Source: Acidobacteriota bacterium | GTDB taxonomy: Bacteria > Acidobacteriota > UBA6911 > RPQK01 > JAJDTT01 | Assembly: GCA_965209055.1 (NCBI GenBank) | Contig: OZ242374.1 | Span: 3,232,001 to 3,296,000, forward strand | Reading direction: 5' to 3' | Length of the DNA stretch: 64,000 nucleotides | Shown here: positions 18,471 to 27,090 of the stretch, in pieces | How the letters are laid out: each line of letters opens with the position of its first letter | How positions within the stretch are numbered: position 1 is the first letter of the stretch | The notes under the pieces: generated by a model | What the model saw: only the letters and a program-made list of their open reading frames with translations | Database searches by the model: none | Told to the model about the DNA's origin: nothing | Program-made: the position numbers and the translations under genes

Positions 18471-20258
18471 ATGACCACGACCCCGGTGCGCGTCGACCGC
18501 TACGACGGGCTGCAGACCGTCGACTACGTGGTGGTCGCGGTCTACTTCGCGTGCGTGCTGCTGCTGGGCTACTACTTCAGCAAGCGGCAGAAATCGGCCG
18601 ACGAGTACTTCCTGGCCGGGCGCAAGATGCCCTGGTTCGTGGTGGGGCTCAGCATGTACGCCTCGCTGCTCTCCACCATCGCCTATCTCTCCGAACCGGG
18701 CGAGTTCATCAAGAACGGGATCGGGGTCTGGGGCCGGCAGATGCACGTTCCCTTCAGCGTGGCGGTGGCGGTCCTGATTCTCGTCCCCTTCTTCATGCGC
18801 AAAAGGCTGACCAGCGCCTACGAGTACCTGGAGGAGCAATACGGTCTCGGCGCTCGGCTGTTCGGCTCGACGCTTTTCCTCTGCATCCGCCTCTCCATGA
18901 TGGGGATGATCGTCTACACCGCCGCCATCGCCATGTCCAAGATGGCCGACCTGCCCTTCACCTGGGTGGTGCTGGGGGTCGGCGTCATCGCCGTCGTCTA
19001 CACGGTGCTGGGCGGCATGCGGGCCGTCATGTGGACCGACCTGGTGCAGTTCATCATCCTCTTCGGCGGCCTCCTCTTCACCATCGGCTACATCTTCGTC
19101 GACACCGGGACCGGCCCCGTCACCTGGCTCCAGGACATCCTGGCGGCGGACCATGAGCCGCAGCCCTTCTTCCGGCTCGACCCCTACGTCCGGGTCAGCG
19201 TGCTGGGGATGGCCATCTACGCCTTCGTCTGGTGGGTCTCCACCTGCGGATCGGACCAGCTCATGGTGCAGCGTTACCTGGCCACGGGATCGCTCCGCGC
19301 CGCCCGCCGTTCCATCCTGGCCAACCAGGCCGCCGACGTGAGCGTGGGCATCCTCCTGGGACTGGGCGGAATCGCCCTCTACTCCTACTACAAGGCCCAG
19401 CTTCCGGGGACGCCCGACGAGGTTTTTCCCCACTTCATCGCCCACACCCTGCCGCGGGGCCTGGCCGGCCTGGTGGTGGCCGCCCTCTTCTCCACCGCAA
19501 TGGCCGCGCTGGATTCCAGCATGCACGGAGTCGCCACCGTCCTGACCGTCGACTTCGTGGGACGCTTCCGAAAAGATCCGCTCTCGCAGAAGTCCCAGCT
19601 CCGCCTGGCCCGGTTCTTCACCCTGGGAGCCGGCATCTACGCCGTCCTCTTCTGCCTCTTCCTGAACACCATCCCCGAGGGCTCCCGGGGCAACATCTTC
19701 GATCTCACGACCCGGATCATCGCCTACGTCATCGGGACCCTGGGAGGCATGTTCGTCGCCGCCTTCCTGAAATTCCGCGCCAGCGCCGCCGCCATGGTGC
19801 TGGCGGCCTTCCTGGGTCTGGGGACCGGGTTCTACCTGTCCCTGGGACACTGGTTCCAGGACCACCCCGACGTCTTCCTCTACGTCCTGGAGGAGGGAGA
19901 GGAACCGACCCGGTGGGAGCCGATGCCCGGTACGCCCAACACCATCGGCTCCAGTCCCGGCGACAACCGCTTCGTCCTGACCGGAGAAGGAGTGGCTCCC
20001 CGGCATGCCGGGGTGGAGCGGACGCCTGAGGGCTGGTCGATTCGGGCTCTGGCCGAGGATGCGGAGATCCGGGTCAACGAAAGTTCCGGGTCGCCTGCCC
20101 TGATCGCCCCCGACGACGTGGTGACCCTGGGGTCGCGCCGGCTGCTGGTCCGGCTGAAGGCCGTTTCCTGGATGTGGCCGCTGCCGGTCTCCTTCTTCGT
20201 CACGTTGCTGGCGACTCTGATTCTGGGATGGCTCTCCGTGTTCAAACGGAGGAGCTGA
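18471..20258 (+). CDS. Sodium:solute symporter with an FHA-like domain inserted before the last TM helix
   Basis: SSS motifs (DEYFLAGRKMPW, SAYEYLEE, GGMRAVMWTD, DQLMVQRYL) plus NTIGSSPGDNRFVLTGEGVAPRHAGVERTPEGWSIRAL...IRVNE...PDDVVTLG. Confidence 0.9.
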   Translation: MTTTPVRVDRYDGLQTVDYVVVAVYFACVLLLGYYFSKRQKSADEYFLAGRKMPWFVVGLSMYASLLSTIAYLSEPGEFIKNGIGVWGRQMHVPFSVAVAVLILVPFFMRKRLTSAYEYLEEQYGLGARLFGSTLFLCIRLSMMGMIVYTAAIAMSKMADLPFTWVVLGVGVIAVVYTVLGGMRAVMWTDLVQFIILFGGLLFTIGYIFVDTGTGPVTWLQDILAADHEPQPFFRLDPYVRVSVLGMAIYAFVWWVSTCGSDQLMVQRYLATGSLRAARRSILANQAADVSVGILLGLGGIALYSYYKAQLPGTPDEVFPHFIAHTLPRGLAGLVVAALFSTAMAALDSSMHGVATVLTVDFVGRFRKDPLSQKSQLRLARFFTLGAGIYAVLFCLFLNTIPEGSRGNIFDLTTRIIAYVIGTLGGMFVAAFLKFRASAAAMVLAAFLGLGTGFYLSLGHWFQDHPDVFLYVLEEGEEPTRWEPMPGTPNTIGSSPGDNRFVLTGEGVAPRHAGVERTPEGWSIRALAEDAEIRVNESSGSPALIAPDDVVTLGSRRLLVRLKAVSWMWPLPVSFFVTLLATLILGWLSVFKRRS

Positions 20259-20285
20259 ACTGGTATTTTCCTAATAGAGGAGAGT

Positions 20286-21113
20286 ATGGACGCCCCGATC
20301 GAGCCGACCACCAGCGACGGATTGAAGAAACGTCCCCGGCGCCTGAAGCGGAAAGTCTACGAAGCGGAGCTCCGGCGGCTGCAGGCGGAGCTGACCAAGC
20401 TCCAGGACTGGGTGGCCCGGGAAGGGCTCAAGGTCGTGGTCCTGTTCGAGGGCAGGGACGCGGCCGGCAAGGGGGGCGTCATCAAGCGGATCATCCAGAC
20501 GCTGAATCCGCGTCAGGTCCGCGTGGCCGCCCTGGCCAAGCCCACCGAGCGCGAGCGGACCCAGTGGTATTTCCAGCGCTACGTGGCGCATCTCCCGGCC
20601 GCCGGCGAGATCGTTCTCTTCGACCGGAGCTGGTACAACCGGGCCGGCGTCGAGCGGGTCATGGGGTTCTGCACCGACGAGGAATACTGGGAATTCCTCT
20701 ACTCCTGCCCCCAGTTCGAGCGGATGCTGCTCCGGTCGCACCTCCACCTCATCAAGTACTGGTTCTCGGTGAGCGACGACGAGCAGGAACGCCGTTTCCA
20801 GGCCCGGATCCGCGATCCGCGCAAGCGCTGGAAACTGAGTCCCATGGATCTGGAGTCGCGGCTGCGGTGGGTGGAGTACTCCAAGGCCAAGGACGCCATG
20901 TTCGACAAGACGGACGTCCCCGACGCACCCTGGTACGTGGTCAACGCCGACGACAAGCGCCGGGCCCGCCTCAACTGCATCACCCACCTGCTGAGCCGGT
21001 TCGACTACAACCAGAAAGATCCGCCCGAGCTGGAGCTCCCGCCCCGGCAGGAGGACGGTGGTTACGTACGGCCCCCCATGGGGATCCAGCGGTTCGTTCC
21101 GGAAGTCTACTGA
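20286..21113 (+). CDS. ppk2: Polyphosphate kinase 2
   Basis: FEGRDAAGKGG, QWYFQRY, FDRSWYNRAGVE, WKLSPMD. Confidence 0.95.
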   Translation: MDAPIEPTTSDGLKKRPRRLKRKVYEAELRRLQAELTKLQDWVAREGLKVVVLFEGRDAAGKGGVIKRIIQTLNPRQVRVAALAKPTERERTQWYFQRYVAHLPAAGEIVLFDRSWYNRAGVERVMGFCTDEEYWEFLYSCPQFERMLLRSHLHLIKYWFSVSDDEQERRFQARIRDPRKRWKLSPMDLESRLRWVEYSKAKDAMFDKTDVPDAPWYVVNADDKRRARLNCITHLLSRFDYNQKDPPELELPPRQEDGGYVRPPMGIQRFVPEVY

Positions 21114-21163
21114 AACCTCCGCCACCGGCGGGCGGAACTCACATCGTGGCCAACCGAACACCA

Positions 21164-22033
21164 ATGCAGTTTCCCAGAGGCAACTTCTTTCCCATCGAAG
21201 TCACGGAGACCGAGAAGGACTACGAAGTAAAGATCGCGCCCGGCGAGAAGGAGCGGGCCAAGAAGATCCCGGGCCGCCGCTGGGACCCGAAAAGGACCCG
21301 TTGGGTGTATCCGAAAACGATGGCGTGTTATCGCGCTTTGAAGAAAGAATTTGGACGCGACGCCGCGATTTTCGAGCTCGGAGAACCCACCTCGAAAAGG
21401 CTCCCTCCTCCGGTGCCCGCCGAGGCGAAACCCGGCGAAGCAACGGTGCGGAAACGTTTGGATAACCTCGACGAAGGGGTGAAGACGCTTCTGAGCATTG
21501 TGGACAGCGTCGAGAAGTCGGCTCGGAAAACGCAAAGTCTGGTCGAGGGGGCTTTCGAGACCTCTGAGTCACGAAGCGACGGTGAAATCGATCTCACCGA
21601 GCGAACGATTCTCCGGGACCTGGAAAAGATGCTCAAGGAATTGGCGTTTCAGGTGTCGGGAGATCCCTCCTTCAAGGTCTGGATGAGGGATATGGAACCC
21701 ATCATGTATCCCCGGGAGTTTGTCGAAAGCACTCATGAGGAAATCCGAAGGAACATCAGCCAGATGCTGGGAGCGGAAGGCCGGGCCAGGTCCAGTTTTC
21801 CGGAATACGTCTCCCGGCTACAGGCGGAAGGCCTGCTGCCCATGGGTTCGGTTCCGAAGGCGTCCTACGTGCTTCGCTCAATGAACGACCACAGAAACCG
21901 TATTGCGCACGCCCGCCGCGTTGAGATGTCAGACGCGGAACGCCTCACGCGCTCCATCATCTACCTTTTCAATCTGGCCCTCGTCTGGAATTACGTCGCC
22001 TCCGAGCAATTGGACGAGAGTGACATGGGCTGA
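21164..22033 (+). CDS. Hypothetical protein: HARP/DUF5710-like N-domain, coiled coil, C-terminal HEPN-like domain
   Basis: EKERAKKIPGRRWDPKRTRWVYP at the N-terminus; LRSMNDHRNRIAH (RxxxxH) in a helical C-terminal region. Confidence 0.7.
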   Translation: MQFPRGNFFPIEVTETEKDYEVKIAPGEKERAKKIPGRRWDPKRTRWVYPKTMACYRALKKEFGRDAAIFELGEPTSKRLPPPVPAEAKPGEATVRKRLDNLDEGVKTLLSIVDSVEKSARKTQSLVEGAFETSESRSDGEIDLTERTILRDLEKMLKELAFQVSGDPSFKVWMRDMEPIMYPREFVESTHEEIRRNISQMLGAEGRARSSFPEYVSRLQAEGLLPMGSVPKASYVLRSMNDHRNRIAHARRVEMSDAERLTRSIIYLFNLALVWNYVASEQLDESDMG

Positions 22034-22042
22034 GCGATCCGC

Positions 22043-23905
22043 TTAATCCGGCAAAGCATAAGCCACCAACCCGTCGGACGTGACGTTGCTGAAGACGTTG
22101 CCACCGCCCGCGGCGATCACCACGTACTGCTTAGCCGTCTTCTCCCCCCAGAAGGTCATGGGCGTGGCGTGGGCATTGGCCTCCAGCAGGTCGACCCAGA
22201 GCTCCTCTCCGGATGCCGAGTCGAACGCCCGGAACCTGCTGTCGTTGGTGCCCCCGACGAAGACCAATCCTCCTGCGGTGACGATGGATCCGCCCAAGTT
22301 CGGGGTTCCGGTCTTGGGGACGCCCTTCTCCTCCAGCTGGTCAACGACGCCGAGGACACTCTTCCACACGATCTCGCCACTGTTCAGATCCACGGCGTTG
22401 AGCGTTCCCCAGGGAGGCTCCTGGCAGGGCCACTTGTTGTCCTGCCAGAACCGGCGGCCCGCGCCGCGGGCGTTCCCCAGCTCGGTGACGTTCACGTAGA
22501 GAAACCCGGTCGTGGGATCGAACGAGGCTCCGGACCAGTTGGCCCCGCCCAGGGAACCCGGCAGCATGAGGGTCGGCCCCTCCTGCCGCGGCGTGTAGAT
22601 GCCCTCGTAGTGGAGCGAGTCGAAGAGCTCCCGGCAGAATTCGTAGGACTCGGGCGTGACCCGGCTCACGTCGTCCCGGGTCAGGTTGTGCCGTACCAGC
22701 GGAGGCGGCTTGACGGTGAAGGGCTGGGTGGGCCAGTTGTATCCGCCCCCGGTCTGGGGCACGGGACGCTCCTCCACCGGGAGCACCGGCTCGCCGGTCT
22801 CCCGGTGCAACACGAAGACCATGCCCATCTTGGTGGGCTGAGCCACCGCCGGGACCTCGCGGCCGTCCTGTTCCAGGGTCACCAGCACCGGCTGGGCCGG
22901 AAGGTCATAGTCCCAGGTGTCGTGGCGGACCGCCTGGAAATACCAGACCAGCTTTCCGGTGAGGGCGTCCAGCACCACCAGGGAGTTTCCATACAGATTC
23001 TGGCCGTCGCGATCGGGGCCCAGGGGAGAGGCCGTAGGGACGAACACCCAGCCCCGCTCCGTGTCCACGCTGATGATGGACCAGGCGTTGGCGCCGGAAC
23101 GATCCTTCCAGGAGTCACCCTCCCAGGTCTCGTTCCCCGGTTCTCCCGGCCGGGGAACGGTGTGGAACTCCCAGACCAGGTCGCCCGTGAGCACGTCCCA
23201 GGCCCGGACCTTCCCGCTGGGACCCTTGCTCTCCTGGCCGGAACTGAGCCGGGACCCTGTGACCACCACGTTCTGGTAGACGGCCACCGGGGAGGTGACC
23301 GTGTAGATGCTCTTGGGCCAGCGCGTGGTCATGCCCCCGTCCAGGTCCACCCACCCGTCCTCGCCGAAATCGGGGATCAGCCGGCCCGTGTCGGCATCCA
23401 GCGCGAACAGCCGGGCGTCTCCCGTCCCCATGAGGATCCGCCGTTGGAGTTCTCCATCGACGGTCCCCTCCCAGTATGAGACCCCCCGGTGTTGGAGGTA
23501 GAAGCGGTTGTCGCCGCTGCCTTCCTGCGGATCGAACTCCCAGAGTTCCCGGCCCGTCTCCGCCTCCAGGGCGATGACCCGGTTGGATGGCGTGGACAGG
23601 TAGAGCACTCCGTCCACCACCAGAGGCGTGGTCTCCCACGGAGCCTGCATCCGGTCGGGGATGGTCCGGTGCGGGCGCTTGACCTCTCCCATGCGGTAGA
23701 TCCAGGCCACCTCCAGTTCCTGGACGTTGGTCCGGTTGATCTGGGCCAGGGCGGAGTACCTCGTCCCGCCAGGGTCCTTGCCGTGGTAACGCCAGTCGTT
23801 GTCGTCGGAAGGGTCGGGCGCCGGGACGCAGTTTGCGGCCAGCAGGAGACCCAGTAGCAGGAGGAGACGGTCTCGCGACCATGTGCCGGTCTTCATGGGG
23901 ACCAT
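22043..23905 (-). CDS. PQQ-dependent (glucose/sorbosone-type) dehydrogenase, lipoprotein
   Basis: TRYSALAQINRTNV..LEVAW, ETTPLVVDG, HDTWDYDLPAQP, PPWGTL.A.D, GTPNLGG; lipobox AANC. Confidence 0.92.
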   Translation of the reverse strand: MVPMKTGTWSRDRLLLLLGLLLAANCVPAPDPSDDNDWRYHGKDPGGTRYSALAQINRTNVQELEVAWIYRMGEVKRPHRTIPDRMQAPWETTPLVVDGVLYLSTPSNRVIALEAETGRELWEFDPQEGSGDNRFYLQHRGVSYWEGTVDGELQRRILMGTGDARLFALDADTGRLIPDFGEDGWVDLDGGMTTRWPKSIYTVTSPVAVYQNVVVTGSRLSSGQESKGPSGKVRAWDVLTGDLVWEFHTVPRPGEPGNETWEGDSWKDRSGANAWSIISVDTERGWVFVPTASPLGPDRDGQNLYGNSLVVLDALTGKLVWYFQAVRHDTWDYDLPAQPVLVTLEQDGREVPAVAQPTKMGMVFVLHRETGEPVLPVEERPVPQTGGGYNWPTQPFTVKPPPLVRHNLTRDDVSRVTPESYEFCRELFDSLHYEGIYTPRQEGPTLMLPGSLGGANWSGASFDPTTGFLYVNVTELGNARGAGRRFWQDNKWPCQEPPWGTLNAVDLNSGEIVWKSVLGVVDQLEEKGVPKTGTPNLGGSIVTAGGLVFVGGTNDSRFRAFDSASGEELWVDLLEANAHATPMTFWGEKTAKQYVVIAAGGGNVFSNVTSDGLVAYALPD

Positions 23906-23949
23906 ATGATGCCACTCGGCGGCGGTGTTGTCAGCGAGTCTGCCTCCCT

Positions 23950-24093
23950 GTCGAATATCACTGGGACAATCCGGCGGTCGATGGAGAAGAGATTGCCGGC
24001 TCGCCCAAGATCGGTTACACCGAGAGCTTCCGCCTGCCGGGCAAGGATCGGATCGTCATCGTCGGCTCCGGAATCTACGCTACGGACAGATAG
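23950..24093 (+). pseudogene. C-terminal remnant of a Cache-domain protein
   Basis: VEYHWDNPAVDGEEIAGSPKIGYTESFRLPGKDRIVIVGSGIY resembles the end of single-Cache domains (Y.W.NP...K..Y...GSG.Y); no start codon or 5-prime part. Confidence 0.55.
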
Positions 24094-24101
24094 TTCCCAT
24101 T

Positions 24102-24167
24102 GGAGGGGGGGGACTGTTAGTCCCGCCGTGCTCCGCGGACGCGGGGGTTAACAACCCCCGCTCCTAC
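24102..24167. repeat. Inverted pair of REP-like hairpins
   Basis: GGAGGGGGGGGACTGTTAGTCCC and GCGGGGGTTAACAACCCCCGCTCCTAC; relatives at 834-853 and 33175-33290. Confidence 0.75.
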
Positions 24168-24703
24168 TGCCGGACGTGGCAGACTTCGCAGCCGTTGGAG
24201 GCCTTTTGCTCCGCGTGACATTCCATGCAGAACTCCATGGACGTGGGCTTTTCCTGAACCAACACGTCCCGTGTGGCGACGGGGCCGTGACAGGCTGCGC
24301 ATTCGATCTTGGCGTCCACGGCGTGCAGCGCGTGTGAAAACCAGACGTAGTCGGGCACCCGGTAGATCCGCACCCAGGGGATCGTCTCCCCCGCTTTCGC
24401 GGCCTTGGCCAGCTTGAGGATGTCCGGGCTGTCGCTCTTGACGGCGGTGTGGCAGACCATGCACTTGGACTCGGCCGGCAGCCCGGCCGCAAACCCCGGT
24501 TCCTCGATTGCGTGGCAGAAGGAGCACCGCATCCCGGCGGCCGCATGGATCTTGTGACTGAAGGGGATGGGCTGAGGCTCCGGCGCCTTGTCGTCGGAGC
24601 GGGCCGCCCCGGACAGAACGCCCAGGACTGCAACCAGGGCCGCAATTCCCAGGCTTCGGCCCCGGGAATCCGGCTCAAGCCAGCGCAAAGGCCACGAATT
24701 CAT
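24164..24703 (-). CDS. Pentaheme cytochrome c (c3/ActA-like)
   Basis: QPIPFSHKIH, CSFCH, CMVCH, IPWVRIYRVPDYVWFSH..H, CAACH, CMECH, CEVCH; start uncertain. Confidence 0.85.
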   Translation of the reverse strand: MNSWPLRWLEPDSRGRSLGIAALVAVLGVLSGAARSDDKAPEPQPIPFSHKIHAAAGMRCSFCHAIEEPGFAAGLPAESKCMVCHTAVKSDSPDILKLAKAAKAGETIPWVRIYRVPDYVWFSHALHAVDAKIECAACHGPVATRDVLVQEKPTSMEFCMECHAEQKASNGCEVCHVRQ

Positions 24704-26558
24704 CGCCTGAATTGGAAGCGGCCTGGCCGCCTCCGGCGGCAATGACCACATATTGCCGGCCCTCCGTCTCGTAGGTGGACGGTGTGGCGAAGCCGCCGGC
24801 GTTCAACGGGCGCTCCCAGAGCACCCGTCCGTTGCTGGAATCGTAGGCGCGGAACTTTTTGTCGAAAGATCCACCCACGAAGATCAGGCCTCCCGCAGTG
24901 GCGATGGTCCCGCCGTGCATGGGGCTCCCGGTCCCGGTGATTCCGCGGGCCTTCAGCTCCGGAATCTCTCCCGCCACCACCCGCCAAGCGAAGTCCCCCG
25001 AGTCCAGGTCGATGGCCGTCAGGTAGCCCCATGGGGGCTTGATGGCCGGGAATTTCTCCGGGTCCTGTAAAAGGGCGCGTTCCGGAAGGGCGTAGTCGAA
25101 GGGCTGGTCCTCCCGAGCAGGGGCCAGCGTGATGCGGTTGGTCCATTCGCTGGTATTCACGAAGAGCCGGTTGGCCGCCGGGTCGTGGCTGCATCCGCCC
25201 CACAGGGCCCCGCCCCGGAAACCGGGATGGATGATGGTCCCCTCCAGGCTCGGCGGAGTGTACAGATCGCCGACGCGGGATCGGTCGTAGATCTCCTTGA
25301 CGAAGGCGTGGGCTTCCTGAGAGATGTCGGTAATCTGGTCCGGCATGAACCCCTGCCGGCACAGGGGAGGGGGCTTCACGGGGAAGGGCTGGGTCGGCCA
25401 CAGCTCCTCGCCCGGAACGTCCGAGGCGGGCATGGGCCGTTCCTCCACGGGAAAGACCGGTTTCCCCGTCTCCCGATCGAAAAAGAAGATCATCCCCATC
25501 TTGGTGGGTTGGACCACCGCCTCGAAGGTCCGCCCGCCGTGGGTCATGTCGATGAGGGCCGGCTGGCACGGAAGATCGTAGTCCCAGACGTCGTGGTGGA
25601 CGGTCTGGAAGTGCCATTTCCGCTCGCCGGTGGAGGCATCGAGGGCCAGGACGCAGTTGCCGAAGAGGTTGGCCCCCTTGCGGTTGCCGCCGTAGAAGTC
25701 GAAGGCGGGCGAGCCGATGGAGGCGAAGACCCAGCCCCGCGCCGGGTCCAGGCTCATGCCGCCCCAGTTGTTGGTCCCGCCCGTGGTCTTCCACGAGTCT
25801 CCTTCCCAGGTGTCGTTTCCGAACTGGCCCGGACGGGGGGTGGTGTGGAAGATCCAGCGCCGCTTCCCGGTGGCGGCGTCGTAGCCCCGGATGTGGCCCG
25901 GCGCCTCCGGATAGGGTCCCTCCGCGCCGCCGCCTCCCGCGACGATCAGGTCCTGGTACGCCACCACCGGACTGGTCAGGTTGAAGGAGAGTCCGGTCAT
26001 GTCGTGGTCGAAGTCTTCCTTCAGGTCGATGACTCCGCCCTGGCCGAATCCGGGCGTCAGCTTCCCGGTTCCGGCGTCGATGGAATAGAGCATGTCCCGG
26101 ACCGGCATGAAGATACGGCGGTCGTCGGCACGCTCCGGGTTTTGCCAGTAGGTGACTCCCCGGTTGACCCCCGGGGACCCCCGCAGCGGCTTTCCGCCGT
26201 GGGGATCGAAACTCCAGAGTTTCCGGCCCGTGGCCGCATCCAGCGCGTGCACCTGGAGCGTGGCCGTGGAGATGTACATGCGGCCGTCCACTACGATGGG
26301 CGTGCACTCGATGGTGGTGGCCGGACGCTGCATGGCGTCCCCGGTCCGGTAGGTCCAGGCCACCTTCAACTCGGAGACGTTGGCCCGGTTGATCTGGTCC
26401 AGGGGGGAGTAGCGGCCGGCGCCCGCGTCTCCGCCGTAGTGCTGCCACTCCCGGGCGGCGGGGTCCGCGCGGTTTCCGGCCGGGGCGCAGGCGCTCCACG
26501 CGGCAGCCAGAGCCGAACTCGTTTTCAGAAAGTGACGGCGGTCGATAGGGCCCTTCAT
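24675..26558 (-). CDS. PQQ-dependent dehydrogenase with Tat signal
   Basis: MKGPIDRRHFLK; RYSPLDQINRANVSELKVAW, HHDVWDYDLP, PPWGYLTAID, GRQYVVIAAGGG. Confidence 0.92.
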   Translation of the reverse strand: MKGPIDRRHFLKTSSALAAAWSACAPAGNRADPAAREWQHYGGDAGAGRYSPLDQINRANVSELKVAWTYRTGDAMQRPATTIECTPIVVDGRMYISTATLQVHALDAATGRKLWSFDPHGGKPLRGSPGVNRGVTYWQNPERADDRRIFMPVRDMLYSIDAGTGKLTPGFGQGGVIDLKEDFDHDMTGLSFNLTSPVVAYQDLIVAGGGGAEGPYPEAPGHIRGYDAATGKRRWIFHTTPRPGQFGNDTWEGDSWKTTGGTNNWGGMSLDPARGWVFASIGSPAFDFYGGNRKGANLFGNCVLALDASTGERKWHFQTVHHDVWDYDLPCQPALIDMTHGGRTFEAVVQPTKMGMIFFFDRETGKPVFPVEERPMPASDVPGEELWPTQPFPVKPPPLCRQGFMPDQITDISQEAHAFVKEIYDRSRVGDLYTPPSLEGTIIHPGFRGGALWGGCSHDPAANRLFVNTSEWTNRITLAPAREDQPFDYALPERALLQDPEKFPAIKPPWGYLTAIDLDSGDFAWRVVAGEIPELKARGITGTGSPMHGGTIATAGGLIFVGGSFDKKFRAYDSSNGRVLWERPLNAGGFATPSTYETEGRQYVVIAAGGGQAASNSGDEFVAFALA

Positions 26559-26572
26559 GCCGGACGAGCGGG

Positions 26573-26971
26573 TCACTTGGCGAAGGTTCGAATGAGGTTC
26601 ACCAGTTGCCACCGCTCCTCGTCGGAGAGCTTCTTCTCGTAGCCGGGCATGGGGTCCTTGCCGTTGGTGATCTTCCAGTAAAGTCCCCCGTCGGTGACCT
26701 TGGCCATGGCTTCGGCATCGATGAACGAAGGGGGTTTTTCCTTGAGCATGCCCGCCACCGGGCCATCCGCGCCGCCGGTCTCGCCGTGGCAGAACTTGCA
26801 GTTCTCGTCGTACTGGGTCCTGGCCGTGGCCATGGCTTCGTCGGTGGCCGCGTGGGGGTTCTTCATCTTCTTGGCCTCTTCGGGCGCCTCCCAATGTTGG
26901 GCGCCGGCGGCCAGCAAGAGCAGGCAACTGCCCATCAGGCTCAAGACGAGTCGAAACGTAAATCTTCGCAT
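26573..26971 (-). CDS. Monoheme class I cytochrome c
   Basis: Signal peptide, CKFCHG, DGGLYWKITNGKDPMP (axial Met). Confidence 0.9.
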   Translation of the reverse strand: MRRFTFRLVLSLMGSCLLLLAAGAQHWEAPEEAKKMKNPHAATDEAMATARTQYDENCKFCHGETGGADGPVAGMLKEKPPSFIDAEAMAKVTDGGLYWKITNGKDPMPGYEKKLSDEERWQLVNLIRTFAK

Positions 26972-27090
26972 GGATGCTTTTCTCCGTAACTTTTCGGAAC
27001 GTACCGTGGCCAGCGTGATCCCTGTTTTGCCGGCCACGAGATTGTAACACTAAGGGTCTGCGCCGGGCCCCCTGTCGATGGCCGGTGCGG

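Noticed and set aside
20174-22033. 619-aa ORF spanning ppk2
   Set aside because: The N-terminal half is an alternative frame of ppk2; protein-like sequence begins near 21146-21164.
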